From a virus (lineage: Duplodnaviria > Caudoviricetes): DNA of 64,000 bases. The stretch lies in IMG/VR virus record IMGVR_UViG_3300010346_000241, positions 165,449-229,448 of that record. One strand, given 5' to 3'. The notes beneath the pieces are model-generated. The model was not told the origin of the DNA, made no database searches, and worked only from the letters and a program-made list of their open reading frames with translations. Shown in pieces: positions 31,060 to 40,678 of this stretch. Every line of letters begins with the position of its first letter. Position 1 is the first letter of the stretch. The position numbers were made by a program, and so were the translations under genes.

Positions 31060-32493
31060 TTAGCTCACTGAATCTAGGAGGGATTTGTCGATATCCTCTA
31101 TAGAATCGATGAGTCTAGACCTGGTTTTCGATATAGTGTTCTCCACATAGTATCCACCATCGACACATTCTTTCACGACGAGATTCTTATAGTTTCTCAG
31201 TATGTGTCGACACTGTTCCATCTTGTATGGATCTACTACTGGCACAGAGAGAGTTCTGTTACCAACTAGTTCGTTTACTGCAGTTTCTATGGTAACACAA
31301 AGAGATGTGAACTTCTCTCCGAGTGAAGATATAGAAACTTGTTCAAGGACTGGGGAGTAGTCGAGTTGGTCTGGCGTTAGTATGTCAGACATCTCAGATA
31401 CCAACTTAGCAAAGTAGTCCATTCTTACAGTCTTTTGAGACTTATACTTTGAATAGGCTTCTCTCATGATCTGTTCTCCGTTAGCGCCCTTGTACTTGTA
31501 TATAATACATTCCTTCTGAGCTAGGAGCTTCTTGGTGTTCTTCTTCTTGATCTTACCGTTATCATCCACTGTCAGACAACAATCTGAAGCTATATCGTTG
31601 CAGAGAGCATAGCCCTCATCACCACCTGCAAAGGTATGATAGTTCAACAGGTAAGGGTGTGGATTAACATCCGTAGCACCTGCAGGAGGAAGTGCTCCTC
31701 CAATCAGGCTTTCATGGATCCTAGTTATAGTATACGGATCAGGTTCCATGCTGATCTTTTTGAGCTCAGCGAATATATCGAGCAGTTGAACAAACTCGTT
31801 ATTAGTAAGCCTAATATAGCTATACTCGCCTTGATCAGTAATCATCTTTTCCTTAGCAATTTGCTTAGATCGGTACTCTGGCATCTCTCTGGTGTTCTTG
31901 TTATCTCCACCGTCCTTGATGTCAAAGACGAGGTTATAGGGGAGATAAAGAGCATCAGTGATCCAGACGTGTTCTTCACCATTATGTTCATACTTTAAAG
32001 TAGGACCAGGTGTTACGAGGTCTGAGGAATCTAAGCCAAGAACTCCATCGCAGAACTCAAGGAACTTCTTCTCATAGTTTCCTACGTAAGTTTTGTATGT
32101 TCCGTCTGACCATCTGTACTTACCAGAGATTGATCTATTAGCGAGCATCTTCTCTTGATGATCCATATCATTGAGAAGAGTAGGCTTGTTGTAGACTTTC
32201 ATCATATTCTTTACAGCATTCTGTCTTGCTACAGCTTTACAGCGATCTGAGCAGAAAGCATCGTAACGAACAGTTTTCTCGTTCCACATAGTAGGAGCTT
32301 TACAGATTCTACAAACTCCACGAGCATCTCCTACAGGCTGTTTGTTGTTACATATATCGAACACTACATGATTAGCAGTGAATCCCTTATCAGGATTAAG
32401 CATATCAGAGTGTTCCTTCTCCATATGGGTTACAAGCTTGTCTCTATCGAGAGACTTAGAGCAGTATATACATCTATAGTGTCTACCCATCAT
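31060..32493 (-). CDS. Zn-finger + PD-(D/E)xK (TnsA/head-completion-like) nuclease-domain protein
   Basis: C2H2 CIYC..HMEKEH, CRIC..FCSDRC, WITD..VFDIKD; start revised to ATG 32493 (SD AAAGGAGG); late-type promoter at 32520-32531. Confidence 0.6.
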   Translation of the reverse strand: MMGRHYRCIYCSKSLDRDKLVTHMEKEHSDMLNPDKGFTANHVVFDICNNKQPVGDARGVCRICKAPTMWNEKTVRYDAFCSDRCKAVARQNAVKNMMKVYNKPTLLNDMDHQEKMLANRSISGKYRWSDGTYKTYVGNYEKKFLEFCDGVLGLDSSDLVTPGPTLKYEHNGEEHVWITDALYLPYNLVFDIKDGGDNKNTREMPEYRSKQIAKEKMITDQGEYSYIRLTNNEFVQLLDIFAELKKISMEPDPYTITRIHESLIGGALPPAGATDVNPHPYLLNYHTFAGGDEGYALCNDIASDCCLTVDDNGKIKKKNTKKLLAQKECIIYKYKGANGEQIMREAYSKYKSQKTVRMDYFAKLVSEMSDILTPDQLDYSPVLEQVSISSLGEKFTSLCVTIETAVNELVGNRTLSVPVVDPYKMEQCRHILRNYKNLVVKECVDGGYYVENTISKTRSRLIDSIEDIDKSLLDSVS

Positions 32494-32597
32494 GAGTCCT
32501 CCTTTCAGGGTTGTGTAATTATAGTGATGTTCCAAGACAAAAAATAATCGGTCTGCTGGGGCTGCAGACCGATTATGTAAGGAGGTTTGGGCATGCT

Positions 32598-32849
32598 CTA
32601 GCGCGGGAGCATACCCATTGCATTTGCGTACTGATATACTCCCTGCAGCTCTGTGATTTTATTCTGCAGTTCTGCAATTCTTACCTGAACTGTAGGATCG
32701 TTTGGCGACAGAGTGCCATTGTTAATGCTTGTTGTGATGAATGTGAACTCACTCATAAGACTTTCGAGGCTGATAGGCTGACCTGTCATCTGAGCCTCTC
32801 TTGTTGGCAGTGCAGGTGCTACCTGCTGCGGATTGTAATCATTGATCAT
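32598..32849 (-). CDS. Small coiled-coil hypothetical protein
   Basis: Start revised to ATG 32849 (SD AAAGGAG); early-type promoter at 32917-32926. Confidence 0.65.
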   Translation of the reverse strand: MINDYNPQQVAPALPTREAQMTGQPISLESLMSEFTFITTSINNGTLSPNDPTVQVRIAELQNKITELQGVYQYANAMGMLPR

Positions 32850-32998
32850 TACGATCACTCCTTTAATATAATTAGTTACAAGAGGTATCGAATCACTAAC
32901 TCTCTTGTACACCTTTATAATATATAGTCCACCCTACGTTTGAACCTGATTCTAAAGCGTGAACCATTCTATAATCAAACTTATAAGGAGGTACTACG

Positions 32999-34705
32999 AT
33001 GAGTTCATCAACTAATCATTTCGATATAAACATCCTTGATGTAGAACGCTTTGTTAAAGCTAATGATTGTAAAGAGATTACCAACCCTGTCTTCTTTAAC
33101 GGTCCAACCCCAGCACCAGATGGACTTCTGTCTAATGAAATCTTCGGAATCACTAAAGCTGAGAGAGCTGGAATCTATGCATATATAGATCTCGGCGGAT
33201 GGTTCCTCAATCCTCTGGTCTATAAAACACTCTGCACACTTGATAAGAAAGTAGAAGCTATAGTACATGGCTCAGAGAACTTCTCTATTGATGAGAAAGG
33301 TCAACTTGTTAAAGACCCTAATGGCTCTACTGGTCTGAACTGGTTCAAAGCAAACTATGATAAGATAGACTGGTCTGCTAAAGAGTCTAGCTCTAAAGAC
33401 AGAACTACCAAAATCAAGTTCCTTGAAGCTGTAAAGGGACAGATGTGGGTTAAGAAGTGTCCTGTTATCCCACCGTACTATAGAGACGTTGATACTAAGC
33501 AGGCTAGTATAGGTGTCGGAGAAATCAATAAACTCTATAGTTCTCTTATCATTGCAACTAAAGCTCTCAGAGAGACAACTGAATATGGACTGAGCCTTGC
33601 GGATGCTACTAAGGGCAGAATACAGTCTACCCTGAAACAGATATATGACTGGTTCGGTGCAGGTACAGTAATCAATGGTGAAGAGACTGGTGGTAATCTT
33701 CCTGGAAAGACTGGTATCATAAAGAAGGGTATCATGTACAAGACTGTAGACTATAGTGTACGTCTTGTTATGTCTGCTGCTAATCTGAAGGTAGAGAATA
33801 TAGAAGACCTCATGGTTGACATGGACCATGCAGCATGCCCTCTTGAAGCTGCTATAGTACTTTTCCAGCCATTCATTATCTATTACTGTAGAAGATTCTT
33901 CGAGAACGAATTCGGTGGTAAGACCACATACAGTATAGTCGATAAGAATGGAACGGAAGTATCTATGCCTATAGAAGACTATCAGATCATGTTCTCTGAT
34001 ACGGAGATAGTGAAGCAAATAGAGAGACTCGTTCATGGATACTCTAATCGTTTCCAGCCTATACCTATTCCTATAGATAAGGCAGAGTTTGCTAAATTGG
34101 TAAAAGAGAAGAAGTTACAACTTTCTTTATCTGAACCTGGTATGGCGTTTAAAGGACGTAAAGTTACTTCTGATAAGATCGTAGATCAGAAGGACTACTC
34201 AGGCTATCCTCTTATAGAAAGGCCTATGACCTGGTGTGACCTCTTCTATCTTGCTGCATGTGAGATGACTGCAGATAAGATGTGTCTTATTACTCGATTC
34301 CCTATAGATAGATACCTCAACCAGTATCCATCCAAGATAAACATTAAGTCAACTAATGAGACTGAGCCTATCATGATGGATGGTAAAGTCTACAAATGGT
34401 GGCCTAAGATCAGAATTGAAGATCTTGGAAGAAACACCGCTGCTCTCTTCTCTCCAACCCTTACTATCTCTAATGGTAATATCGATGTAATGGGTATGGA
34501 CTTCGATGGAGATGCTGCTATAGTTAAGGGTATCTATACAATTGAAGCAAATGCCGAACTTGAGAGAGCTGCAAACAGTAAGATCAACCTTATAGGTATG
34601 GATGGTATAAGCCCTCGTAATGTAACGAAGGAATGTATCATGAATCTGTATAGCCTCACCATACAGCCTGATCCATCATTTAAGCCTATTGACCCCGTAT
34701 TCTAG
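32999..34705 (+). CDS. Phage RNA polymerase beta-prime N-terminal/catalytic subunit (probably virion RNAP)
   Basis: PDGLLSNEIFG..YAYIDL, PVIPPYYRD, KTVDYSVRLV, TRFP and catalytic MDFDGD; lacks the N-terminal Zn finger; late-type promoter at 32962-32973. Confidence 0.92.
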   Translation: MSSSTNHFDINILDVERFVKANDCKEITNPVFFNGPTPAPDGLLSNEIFGITKAERAGIYAYIDLGGWFLNPLVYKTLCTLDKKVEAIVHGSENFSIDEKGQLVKDPNGSTGLNWFKANYDKIDWSAKESSSKDRTTKIKFLEAVKGQMWVKKCPVIPPYYRDVDTKQASIGVGEINKLYSSLIIATKALRETTEYGLSLADATKGRIQSTLKQIYDWFGAGTVINGEETGGNLPGKTGIIKKGIMYKTVDYSVRLVMSAANLKVENIEDLMVDMDHAACPLEAAIVLFQPFIIYYCRRFFENEFGGKTTYSIVDKNGTEVSMPIEDYQIMFSDTEIVKQIERLVHGYSNRFQPIPIPIDKAEFAKLVKEKKLQLSLSEPGMAFKGRKVTSDKIVDQKDYSGYPLIERPMTWCDLFYLAACEMTADKMCLITRFPIDRYLNQYPSKINIKSTNETEPIMMDGKVYKWWPKIRIEDLGRNTAALFSPTLTISNGNIDVMGMDFDGDAAIVKGIYTIEANAELERAANSKINLIGMDGISPRNVTKECIMNLYSLTIQPDPSFKPIDPVF

Positions 34706-34757
34706 TTTAAATCGACGGTGGGGAAATCCCACCGTCGTTAAAGTACGCATTTAGAGG

Positions 34758-34972
34758 CATATATTATTAAGATGTCTACAGAAAATGAATTCTGTAGACT
34801 TATATATTCCCTACTTCCTTAAAGGGAATATATGAGTAACGGAAAGGAGGTGTGCAATTGTGGATGATTTTGAAACATGCGGAGTGTGTTTTAAATGCCC
34901 TTCCATAGAAACATTACAGTTAATCTAAGCACAAAATAAAGAACACTGGGATCAAACCCAGTGTTCTTTTTT
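34758..34972 (+). other. Small early transcription unit: two leader hairpins, strong SD, micro-ORF and terminator
   Basis: Promoter CATATATTAT; hairpins GTCTACAGAA/TTCTGTAGAC and TATATTCCC/GGGAATATA; SD AAAGGAGGT; GTG 34860 to TAA 34928 (MDDFETCGVCFKCPSIETLQLI); terminator at 34938-34972. Confidence 0.5.
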
Positions 34973-34985
34973 GTCGAATAGCCGA

Positions 34986-35522
34986 TTAGTCGTTATTGAA
35001 CTCGTCGTCTTCGCCGTCTTCCTTTTCCTCATCGCAGTCATCTTTTGAATCAGAATCGGAATTGGTGTAGTACTTAGCTTCAGGATCTTCCTGAGGACTC
35101 ATGTCGATTTCATCATCTGCAGGATCATCATCTTCCTCAGAAGGTGACTCCTCTTCTGCAGGATCTACAGTCTCCTCTTCCTTATACTCCTCTACTGGTG
35201 CTTCGATAGGAGCAGCTACAGGCTCTTCTGCCTTAGAAGCTTCCTCTTCGACAGTCTCTTCTTTTTTCTCTTCTACCTTTTCCTCTGAAGGATAGTTCAT
35301 GAGAACGTTGATCTTGTCGAAGTTGCTCTTATCAAGCTGAACCTGCTTGCCGTCTGAGCCGATCTCGAATACTCTGATACCGCTGTTCATAGCTACAAGT
35401 ATTTCCTTAGTCGATATGAATTCGATACTCTTTGTGTTAGGCTTGATCTCTTTACCGCTTGATATCTTGAATGTGATATTACAAGGTGTAATGAGCATAC
35501 ATTTCTTTTGTATGATATTCAT
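34986..35522 (-). CDS. Hypothetical protein with a highly acidic C-terminal half
   Basis: 178 aa; D/E-rich tail; SD AAGGAGG. Confidence 0.75.
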   Translation of the reverse strand: MNIIQKKCMLITPCNITFKISSGKEIKPNTKSIEFISTKEILVAMNSGIRVFEIGSDGKQVQLDKSNFDKINVLMNYPSEEKVEEKKEETVEEEASKAEEPVAAPIEAPVEEYKEEETVDPAEEESPSEEDDDPADDEIDMSPQEDPEAKYYTNSDSDSKDDCDEEKEDGEDDEFNND

Positions 35523-35537
35523 GATTCATGTACCTCC

Positions 35538-35912
35538 TTAATCTACGCTTGGTTCGCAATACATAGACTCATCACAATCCAGCTCAAGAACCTCAGGATC
35601 TATGTCTGAGTCAAGTAAAGCATTGATATCTGAAAGTTCTCCTTCATCATCGGAGAATGTCTCAGGTTCATATAAAGAAATCTCGTTTGCTTCGGCATCA
35701 TCTATAAGATCATCGAGTGTACCGTTAAGCTCCTCTTCGCAGAGCTGGCAGCCATCGATCTCTTCCTGTGAGATGAAACCATCGACGAACTTTCCTGCAA
35801 CTGTATTGACTTCAATACCGAGATCTTTCTCAGCCTGAAGATCTTCATCTACAGCTCTCTCAACAACAAGCAGACGCTTACTGTCGATAACGTCTCTGAT
35901 GTATTCGTCCAT
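35538..35912 (-). CDS. Highly acidic hypothetical protein
   Basis: Start revised to ATG 35912 (SD AAGGAGG). Confidence 0.7.
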   Translation of the reverse strand: MDEYIRDVIDSKRLLVVERAVDEDLQAEKDLGIEVNTVAGKFVDGFISQEEIDGCQLCEEELNGTLDDLIDDAEANEISLYEPETFSDDEGELSDINALLDSDIDPEVLELDCDESMYCEPSVD

Positions 35913-35925
35913 TGTTAGTACCTCC

Positions 35926-36345
35926 TTAGTTATCACCGAATATGGAATCATATCCTGTATTGTAATCGCCAGAATCATTTCCGTACCATGTTTTCTCATG
36001 ATCAGGATCGTCTTCATCTACCCAATCGTAAAGGGTTGAAGAGAACCTTCCAGGAAGTTCACTTTCGATTGGGTCCTCTATAACTTCATCTGCTATGTAA
36101 AGTTTAGCTTCTCCAGATTCGGAATCATTCACTTCTGCTTCGAGACGATCAACAAGGTTGATGATAGTCTCATCAAGTGAAAGTCCTTCACCACTGAAGA
36201 TAGAGTTCATATTGTTGTTGATGTCTTCGTCTATGTCTCTGTCAAGAGCAAACTTAAGACTCTCTGAGAAATAACCCTCTTCTATCTCAGCATCTTCTTC
36301 ACATGCTTCAATCAGAAGGTCATCTACTGTTAATACTTCAGCCAT
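35926..36345 (-). CDS. Highly acidic hypothetical protein
   Basis: 139 aa; SD AAGGAGG; late-type promoter at 36374-36385. Confidence 0.75.
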   Translation of the reverse strand: MAEVLTVDDLLIEACEEDAEIEEGYFSESLKFALDRDIDEDINNNMNSIFSGEGLSLDETIINLVDRLEAEVNDSESGEAKLYIADEVIEDPIESELPGRFSSTLYDWVDEDDPDHEKTWYGNDSGDYNTGYDSIFGDN

Positions 36346-36375
36346 TATATTCCCTCCTTAGGTAGGATTTAGTTA

Positions 36376-37581
36376 CTAAGATGTTGAACTCATCAAATTA
36401 CGTATCTGGGATTCAATGCAGAATAAAGCCATTGGAAGACCATAGAATAAGTATGGTGTAGGCTTGTAGTCTATGTTATCGAAAATCTCAACAATCGATG
36501 AGTCAAGAGGTTTATCATGGAAGTAACGGGTAATGATATTATTGAGTGCTTTGGGATCATCATTCTGACGTTCTATACCTTCCTTAGCATCTGATATCAT
36601 CACTGGATCAAGTATAGCATAACCACCCTGGAAGATTGGCTCAGCATAGTCTACCTTGAAATACTTCGTAAGAGTAGTATGAAAGAGACTATAGATGTCT
36701 TCGATGATATTGATATTGGCTGGACGGTTACAGAAGCGATCTATTGACTTAGTCTCAAGAGCTTTGAAGAAAGTCTTATCGTAGTCTAATATCATTGTCT
36801 GCGGTACTTGTATAGCTTGAGAGACATAGATGTACGGATCTGATCCAGTAAGGATAGAATGTCTCATAAGAAACTCTACCATGTAAGGATCATAGATTTC
36901 TCCATACTTTCCAGGATATACAAAGGTCTGAAGAGCCTCCTTGAAGAACATAGCTACGAAGTATGTCTTGATTTGAGAAAGAAGATTGTCGAGAGTCTCT
37001 ATAGCATTGTATGAGTCCTCTCTAATGACAGCAGAGAAGTTAGTACCGATATTGTTCACTACGAACTTGAACCTGTCTACTACCTGCTGCTCGATCTCAT
37101 CTATACCGTAGTTGTCCAGCATAGCCTCAAAGCTATAGACGTTGTTACCATTGTCTATAGTATCGAACGATGTAGCAGTGACCTTATACAGCCACTCCTT
37201 TCCAGCGTGTTGAATGGAGAAATAATCTCCAGCATATGGAATCCATGTATTAGGAAGTACTACACCAGAGATAGCAGGTTGAGAAGCAAGACCGAGACCT
37301 TCTTCGTTGAAGTCTACATCCATGGCAAGTTTGATACCACTAGAATAGAATACAGCACCAGTGATCTTGTTGTATCTTATAGGCGATGCATGACTAAGAC
37401 TAGCATACTCTGCTCTAGTACCTTCATCGAACGTAGTACCAGTAGAGTTCATATTATACCAGTCTGATACGACTGGCTTCTTATCATTGAAGAGATAGTT
37501 GGCGTTCTTGACTCTATTAACCTGACCCTGTTGTAAGGCGTCTATAGTATTGACATAGGACTTGTTAATGAACTTACCCAT
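36376..37581 (-). CDS. Putative virion structural (head-tail/neck-type) protein
   Basis: 401 aa; LPNTWIPYAGDYF..LYKVT beta-barrel pattern; late-type promoter at 37603-37614. Confidence 0.45.
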   Translation of the reverse strand: MGKFINKSYVNTIDALQQGQVNRVKNANYLFNDKKPVVSDWYNMNSTGTTFDEGTRAEYASLSHASPIRYNKITGAVFYSSGIKLAMDVDFNEEGLGLASQPAISGVVLPNTWIPYAGDYFSIQHAGKEWLYKVTATSFDTIDNGNNVYSFEAMLDNYGIDEIEQQVVDRFKFVVNNIGTNFSAVIREDSYNAIETLDNLLSQIKTYFVAMFFKEALQTFVYPGKYGEIYDPYMVEFLMRHSILTGSDPYIYVSQAIQVPQTMILDYDKTFFKALETKSIDRFCNRPANINIIEDIYSLFHTTLTKYFKVDYAEPIFQGGYAILDPVMISDAKEGIERQNDDPKALNNIITRYFHDKPLDSSIVEIFDNIDYKPTPYLFYGLPMALFCIESQIRNLMSSTS

Positions 37582-37666
37582 TCAGATTCCTCCTTTCGTA
37601 ATTATATAGATGTTTCAGCAAAGGTTATCCAGTGGATTTTACTCCACTGGACCTATATATGAACGA

Positions 37667-38005
37667 TCATGTAGTATAGGGGGAGATAGTCACTCCTACT
37701 TCATTCTCGATATTTGTCAAGGCTAGGTTATAGAAACTGCCTGATACTTCTACTGTAGGATTACTCTCAATCAGAGAAGAGAGCTCTGACTTGAAAGCCT
37801 CATAGTCTTCTGTAGAGTTAGTCTTGAAAGTGACAGTGATGATACCATCTGTATCTATCTTGGTATCTATACACTCTCTATCAAACTGATTGATGAGATT
37901 GAAAGTAATCAGCTCATGGTCGATGTAATTGATGATATAGTACGCAACGTCGACCTTGTTATCTAAAGCAGTTTTCTTAGAGTGACTTAAGATGTCCATA
38001 TGCAT
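37667..38005 (-). CDS. Hypothetical protein
   Basis: 112 aa; SD GGAGGAG. Confidence 0.7.
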   Translation of the reverse strand: MHMDILSHSKKTALDNKVDVAYYIINYIDHELITFNLINQFDRECIDTKIDTDGIITVTFKTNSTEDYEAFKSELSSLIESNPTVEVSGSFYNLALTNIENEVGVTISPYTT

Positions 38006-38152
38006 CTACATAGCTCCTCCTTCCTCAATTGCTTCTTCTATTGCATCAGCTTGGGCTTGCTCAGCTAATTCTTTAGCATGTTCTTGTTGCTTTTCCATAG
38101 CAATCATGTAAAGACAGTTAAACCAAGCGGGAGGCATCGTCATGAGTTCCAT
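38006..38152 (-). CDS. Small ORF in the -1 frame of the upstream gene; probable frameshift extension of a tail assembly chaperone
   Basis: MELMTMPPAWFNCLYMIAMEKQQEH...; not in the ORF track; frame is open upstream to ~38257, overlapping the 3' end of 38203-40185. Confidence 0.65.
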   Translation of the reverse strand: MELMTMPPAWFNCLYMIAMEKQQEHAKELAEQAQADAIEEAIEEGGAM

Positions 38153-38202
38153 GAACGACACTCTCCCCTTGTATACATTACTGCAAAGACGTTCAGCTCG
38201 TC

Positions 38203-40185
38203 TTATATCCGCTGATAAACTCCCAGCTGATGACGTGTAAAAAGCATGTCGACAGGATTAGCTACTGCCTCTTTGATCTTGCTCTTGCACTTAGGGCACT
38301 CACACACAGGATAGATGTACTGAATCTCTGGTGTTGTATCCTCATCATCATCGTCGTTGATGTTTCTCTTTGAATCAGGCTTATCATACTTATCTGTCTC
38401 AACAGTAAGTGTCTGAAGCTGGTCTGATGTAAGAGTTCTGATGATAGAAGCACATGTCTTGATACGTCTTCTTACAGTCTTACGAGGATCTGTATGAATA
38501 GGCTGCATATCAACAGGGATGAGTTTCTTGTTAGCTTCATCGATTACGTAGATGCCGTCGATGTAAGTAATGAGTGTAATGAGATCGCCATATGTCTCGA
38601 GTATCTTAGAGTCGAGAAGTGTAGGCTCAAATACTCTCTCATAGAGTGTAGGAGTCTTAAGAGCAAACACATACTCATCACTAGCCTGGAAGAGACCAGC
38701 AGTATAAGTGTCCTTAGATACATTGAGCTCGCCGTTGTGAAGAAGATCAAGATACTCGCTCTTGATAGTTTCATTCTTGTACTTGATCATAGACATTACA
38801 GGTACTTCCTTAAGGAATACATTACCGCACTCTTCCTTGGGACACTCGTAAGTAAGAATGTTTGCAGCACCGAATGTAGCCTTATAAGCAGCGAAGAAGT
38901 AATCATCGATTGCATCTTCGGGAACTGTCTTTAGCCAAGCTTCGAATGTAGCAGGCTTGTTAGGATCAACGATGTGGTTATAGAGAAGCTGATAACGATC
39001 TCTGAGTACTGTATAGAAGTTATTCTGGTTGATGAGAGAAGGATTAAGCTTCTGAATCTCTGTAGCTGTAAACTCAGACACCTCAACTACTTTCTTTGTA
39101 GTGGAGAAGAGAGGTGTAGTAGCTGTTCTTACAGGAGTCTCCTTGATGTGGTTGAGTACCTTAGAAGCAGAGATAGGCTTCTTCTGTATCTCAAACTCAG
39201 CAAGATTGAGCTTATTCTCGATAGGCTTGAAGTTTTCCTTAACAGAAGTTCTGATAGCGTTTCTGAGTTCGTTACGCTTCTCCTTCTCCTCAGCATCGCT
39301 TACTTCTTTAGCCTTATCAGCCTTCTCAACGATCATGTCTTCGTCATCGAGAAGAGCAAGGTCGTCGTCTGACATAACGAAAGTAGCAGTGCCGAAGTCA
39401 GTTTCTGAAGATGAAGGAATACGAGGTAAAACAGGTATAGCTTCCTCTTCTGAAGCTTTGTCAGTAGGCTCAGAATTATCTTTCGGGAAAGGGGGATCAT
39501 TAGCGATAGCTTCAGTTGACTTATCCGAATCAATCACTACTTCACCTGTTACAGCTTCGTATGCTTCCTTAGCCTTCTCAGCAAGCTTCTCCTTGTCTGT
39601 ATCAGTCGGCTCAGGGAACTCTACCTTCTTAGGAGTCTCTGCTGCTGCCTCTGCGATAGCATGAATCTTCTCATTGAGTTCTGTCTGAGGAGTGTTGTTA
39701 TTATTCTCCATGGTGTTTACTTTCCTTTCTACTTTAGTTTTCTTTGATATAGGGAAATCGACTTCATCATCATCTGTGGTGTCATCATCGAAATCTATAC
39801 CATCATCATCGTCGAATGACTGTCTTATAGTATTCGATCGTGATTGCACTGGTTTAGAAGAGTTAGTAGGCATCTCAACTTCATTGAGATCTTCATCTGA
39901 GTCGAGCATCTGCTCTATTCTCTCTTCCTTTCCTTTTTGTACTATAGCAAGAGACTCATTATTGAGTCTCTGTATTGTTGCTGGAATCTGATTGATAGCA
40001 TTCTTGATTACTCCAGGAACCATATCTACTTGTTCTGGCTCTGGAGCTTTCTGAGCTACCTCTGCGATGTTGACGTCTCTAACTGTCTTAGCGTCAAACC
40101 TAGGCAACGGAGGCGGTATAGCTGCCGTATGCTTAGCGCCATTAGAGAGGTCGTCAAGTGTGATCTTCTTGTTCTCGTCTGGCAT
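38203..40185 (-). CDS. Baseplate-hub / tail-assembly chaperone (T4 gp26-like) with a long acidic N-terminus
   Basis: YECPKEECG and CECPKC Zn pairs; C-terminal DMLF; lies next to a gp25-like gene. Confidence 0.55.
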   Translation of the reverse strand: MPDENKKITLDDLSNGAKHTAAIPPPLPRFDAKTVRDVNIAEVAQKAPEPEQVDMVPGVIKNAINQIPATIQRLNNESLAIVQKGKEERIEQMLDSDEDLNEVEMPTNSSKPVQSRSNTIRQSFDDDDGIDFDDDTTDDDEVDFPISKKTKVERKVNTMENNNNTPQTELNEKIHAIAEAAAETPKKVEFPEPTDTDKEKLAEKAKEAYEAVTGEVVIDSDKSTEAIANDPPFPKDNSEPTDKASEEEAIPVLPRIPSSSETDFGTATFVMSDDDLALLDDEDMIVEKADKAKEVSDAEEKEKRNELRNAIRTSVKENFKPIENKLNLAEFEIQKKPISASKVLNHIKETPVRTATTPLFSTTKKVVEVSEFTATEIQKLNPSLINQNNFYTVLRDRYQLLYNHIVDPNKPATFEAWLKTVPEDAIDDYFFAAYKATFGAANILTYECPKEECGNVFLKEVPVMSMIKYKNETIKSEYLDLLHNGELNVSKDTYTAGLFQASDEYVFALKTPTLYERVFEPTLLDSKILETYGDLITLITYIDGIYVIDEANKKLIPVDMQPIHTDPRKTVRRRIKTCASIIRTLTSDQLQTLTVETDKYDKPDSKRNINDDDDEDTTPEIQYIYPVCECPKCKSKIKEAVANPVDMLFTRHQLGVYQRI

Positions 40186-40205
40186 GGTAGTGTCCTCCCT
40201 ATTCG

Positions 40206-40628
40206 TTATACTTTCATATTATCGAGTCCCTGGATAACTGTCAAGTTCTCTGTATCAAACGGTACGAGAGCATTGAGCTGATCTGAATCAATGTAGATAT
40301 AGAGCGTATGCTCGTTTACATTGAGATCTACTCTTACTTGTACCGTAGTGAACATTGGTAAATACCTAGATATCTGTGTCTGTATTCTGTTTCTGAGTTT
40401 ATCGAGGTCCACATCTACAGTATATCTGTATAAAGAGACCAATCCTACACCCATATCAGGATGTGTCTGTATAGTACCAGGATCCAATAGGATCAATCTG
40501 ATGATGAGCATAATCTGTGCATCTGTTCCTTCGAGTTCTATAGGTCTTTGGAACTGGTTGATAGTCATAAGAGGTTCCTTCAACTCACTCCAGTCTACGA
40601 CCTGTCGATACTTGTTATACAGTGGCAT
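40206..40628 (-). CDS. Baseplate wedge subunit, gp25-like
   Basis: IIRLILLDPGTIQTHPDMGVGL..IQTQISRYLP pattern of the gp25/GPW family. Confidence 0.7.
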   Translation of the reverse strand: MPLYNKYRQVVDWSELKEPLMTINQFQRPIELEGTDAQIMLIIRLILLDPGTIQTHPDMGVGLVSLYRYTVDVDLDKLRNRIQTQISRYLPMFTTVQVRVDLNVNEHTLYIYIDSDQLNALVPFDTENLTVIQGLDNMKV

Positions 40629-40678
40629 TGTTATCCCTCCATTTATAGTGATGTAATATGGTTAAAAAAGAAACAGCA

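Noticed and set aside
16653-34737. Similar hairpins at 16653-16682 and 34713-34737 as a mobile repeat family
   Set aside because: Only two short copies, both at gene ends; adequately explained as terminators.
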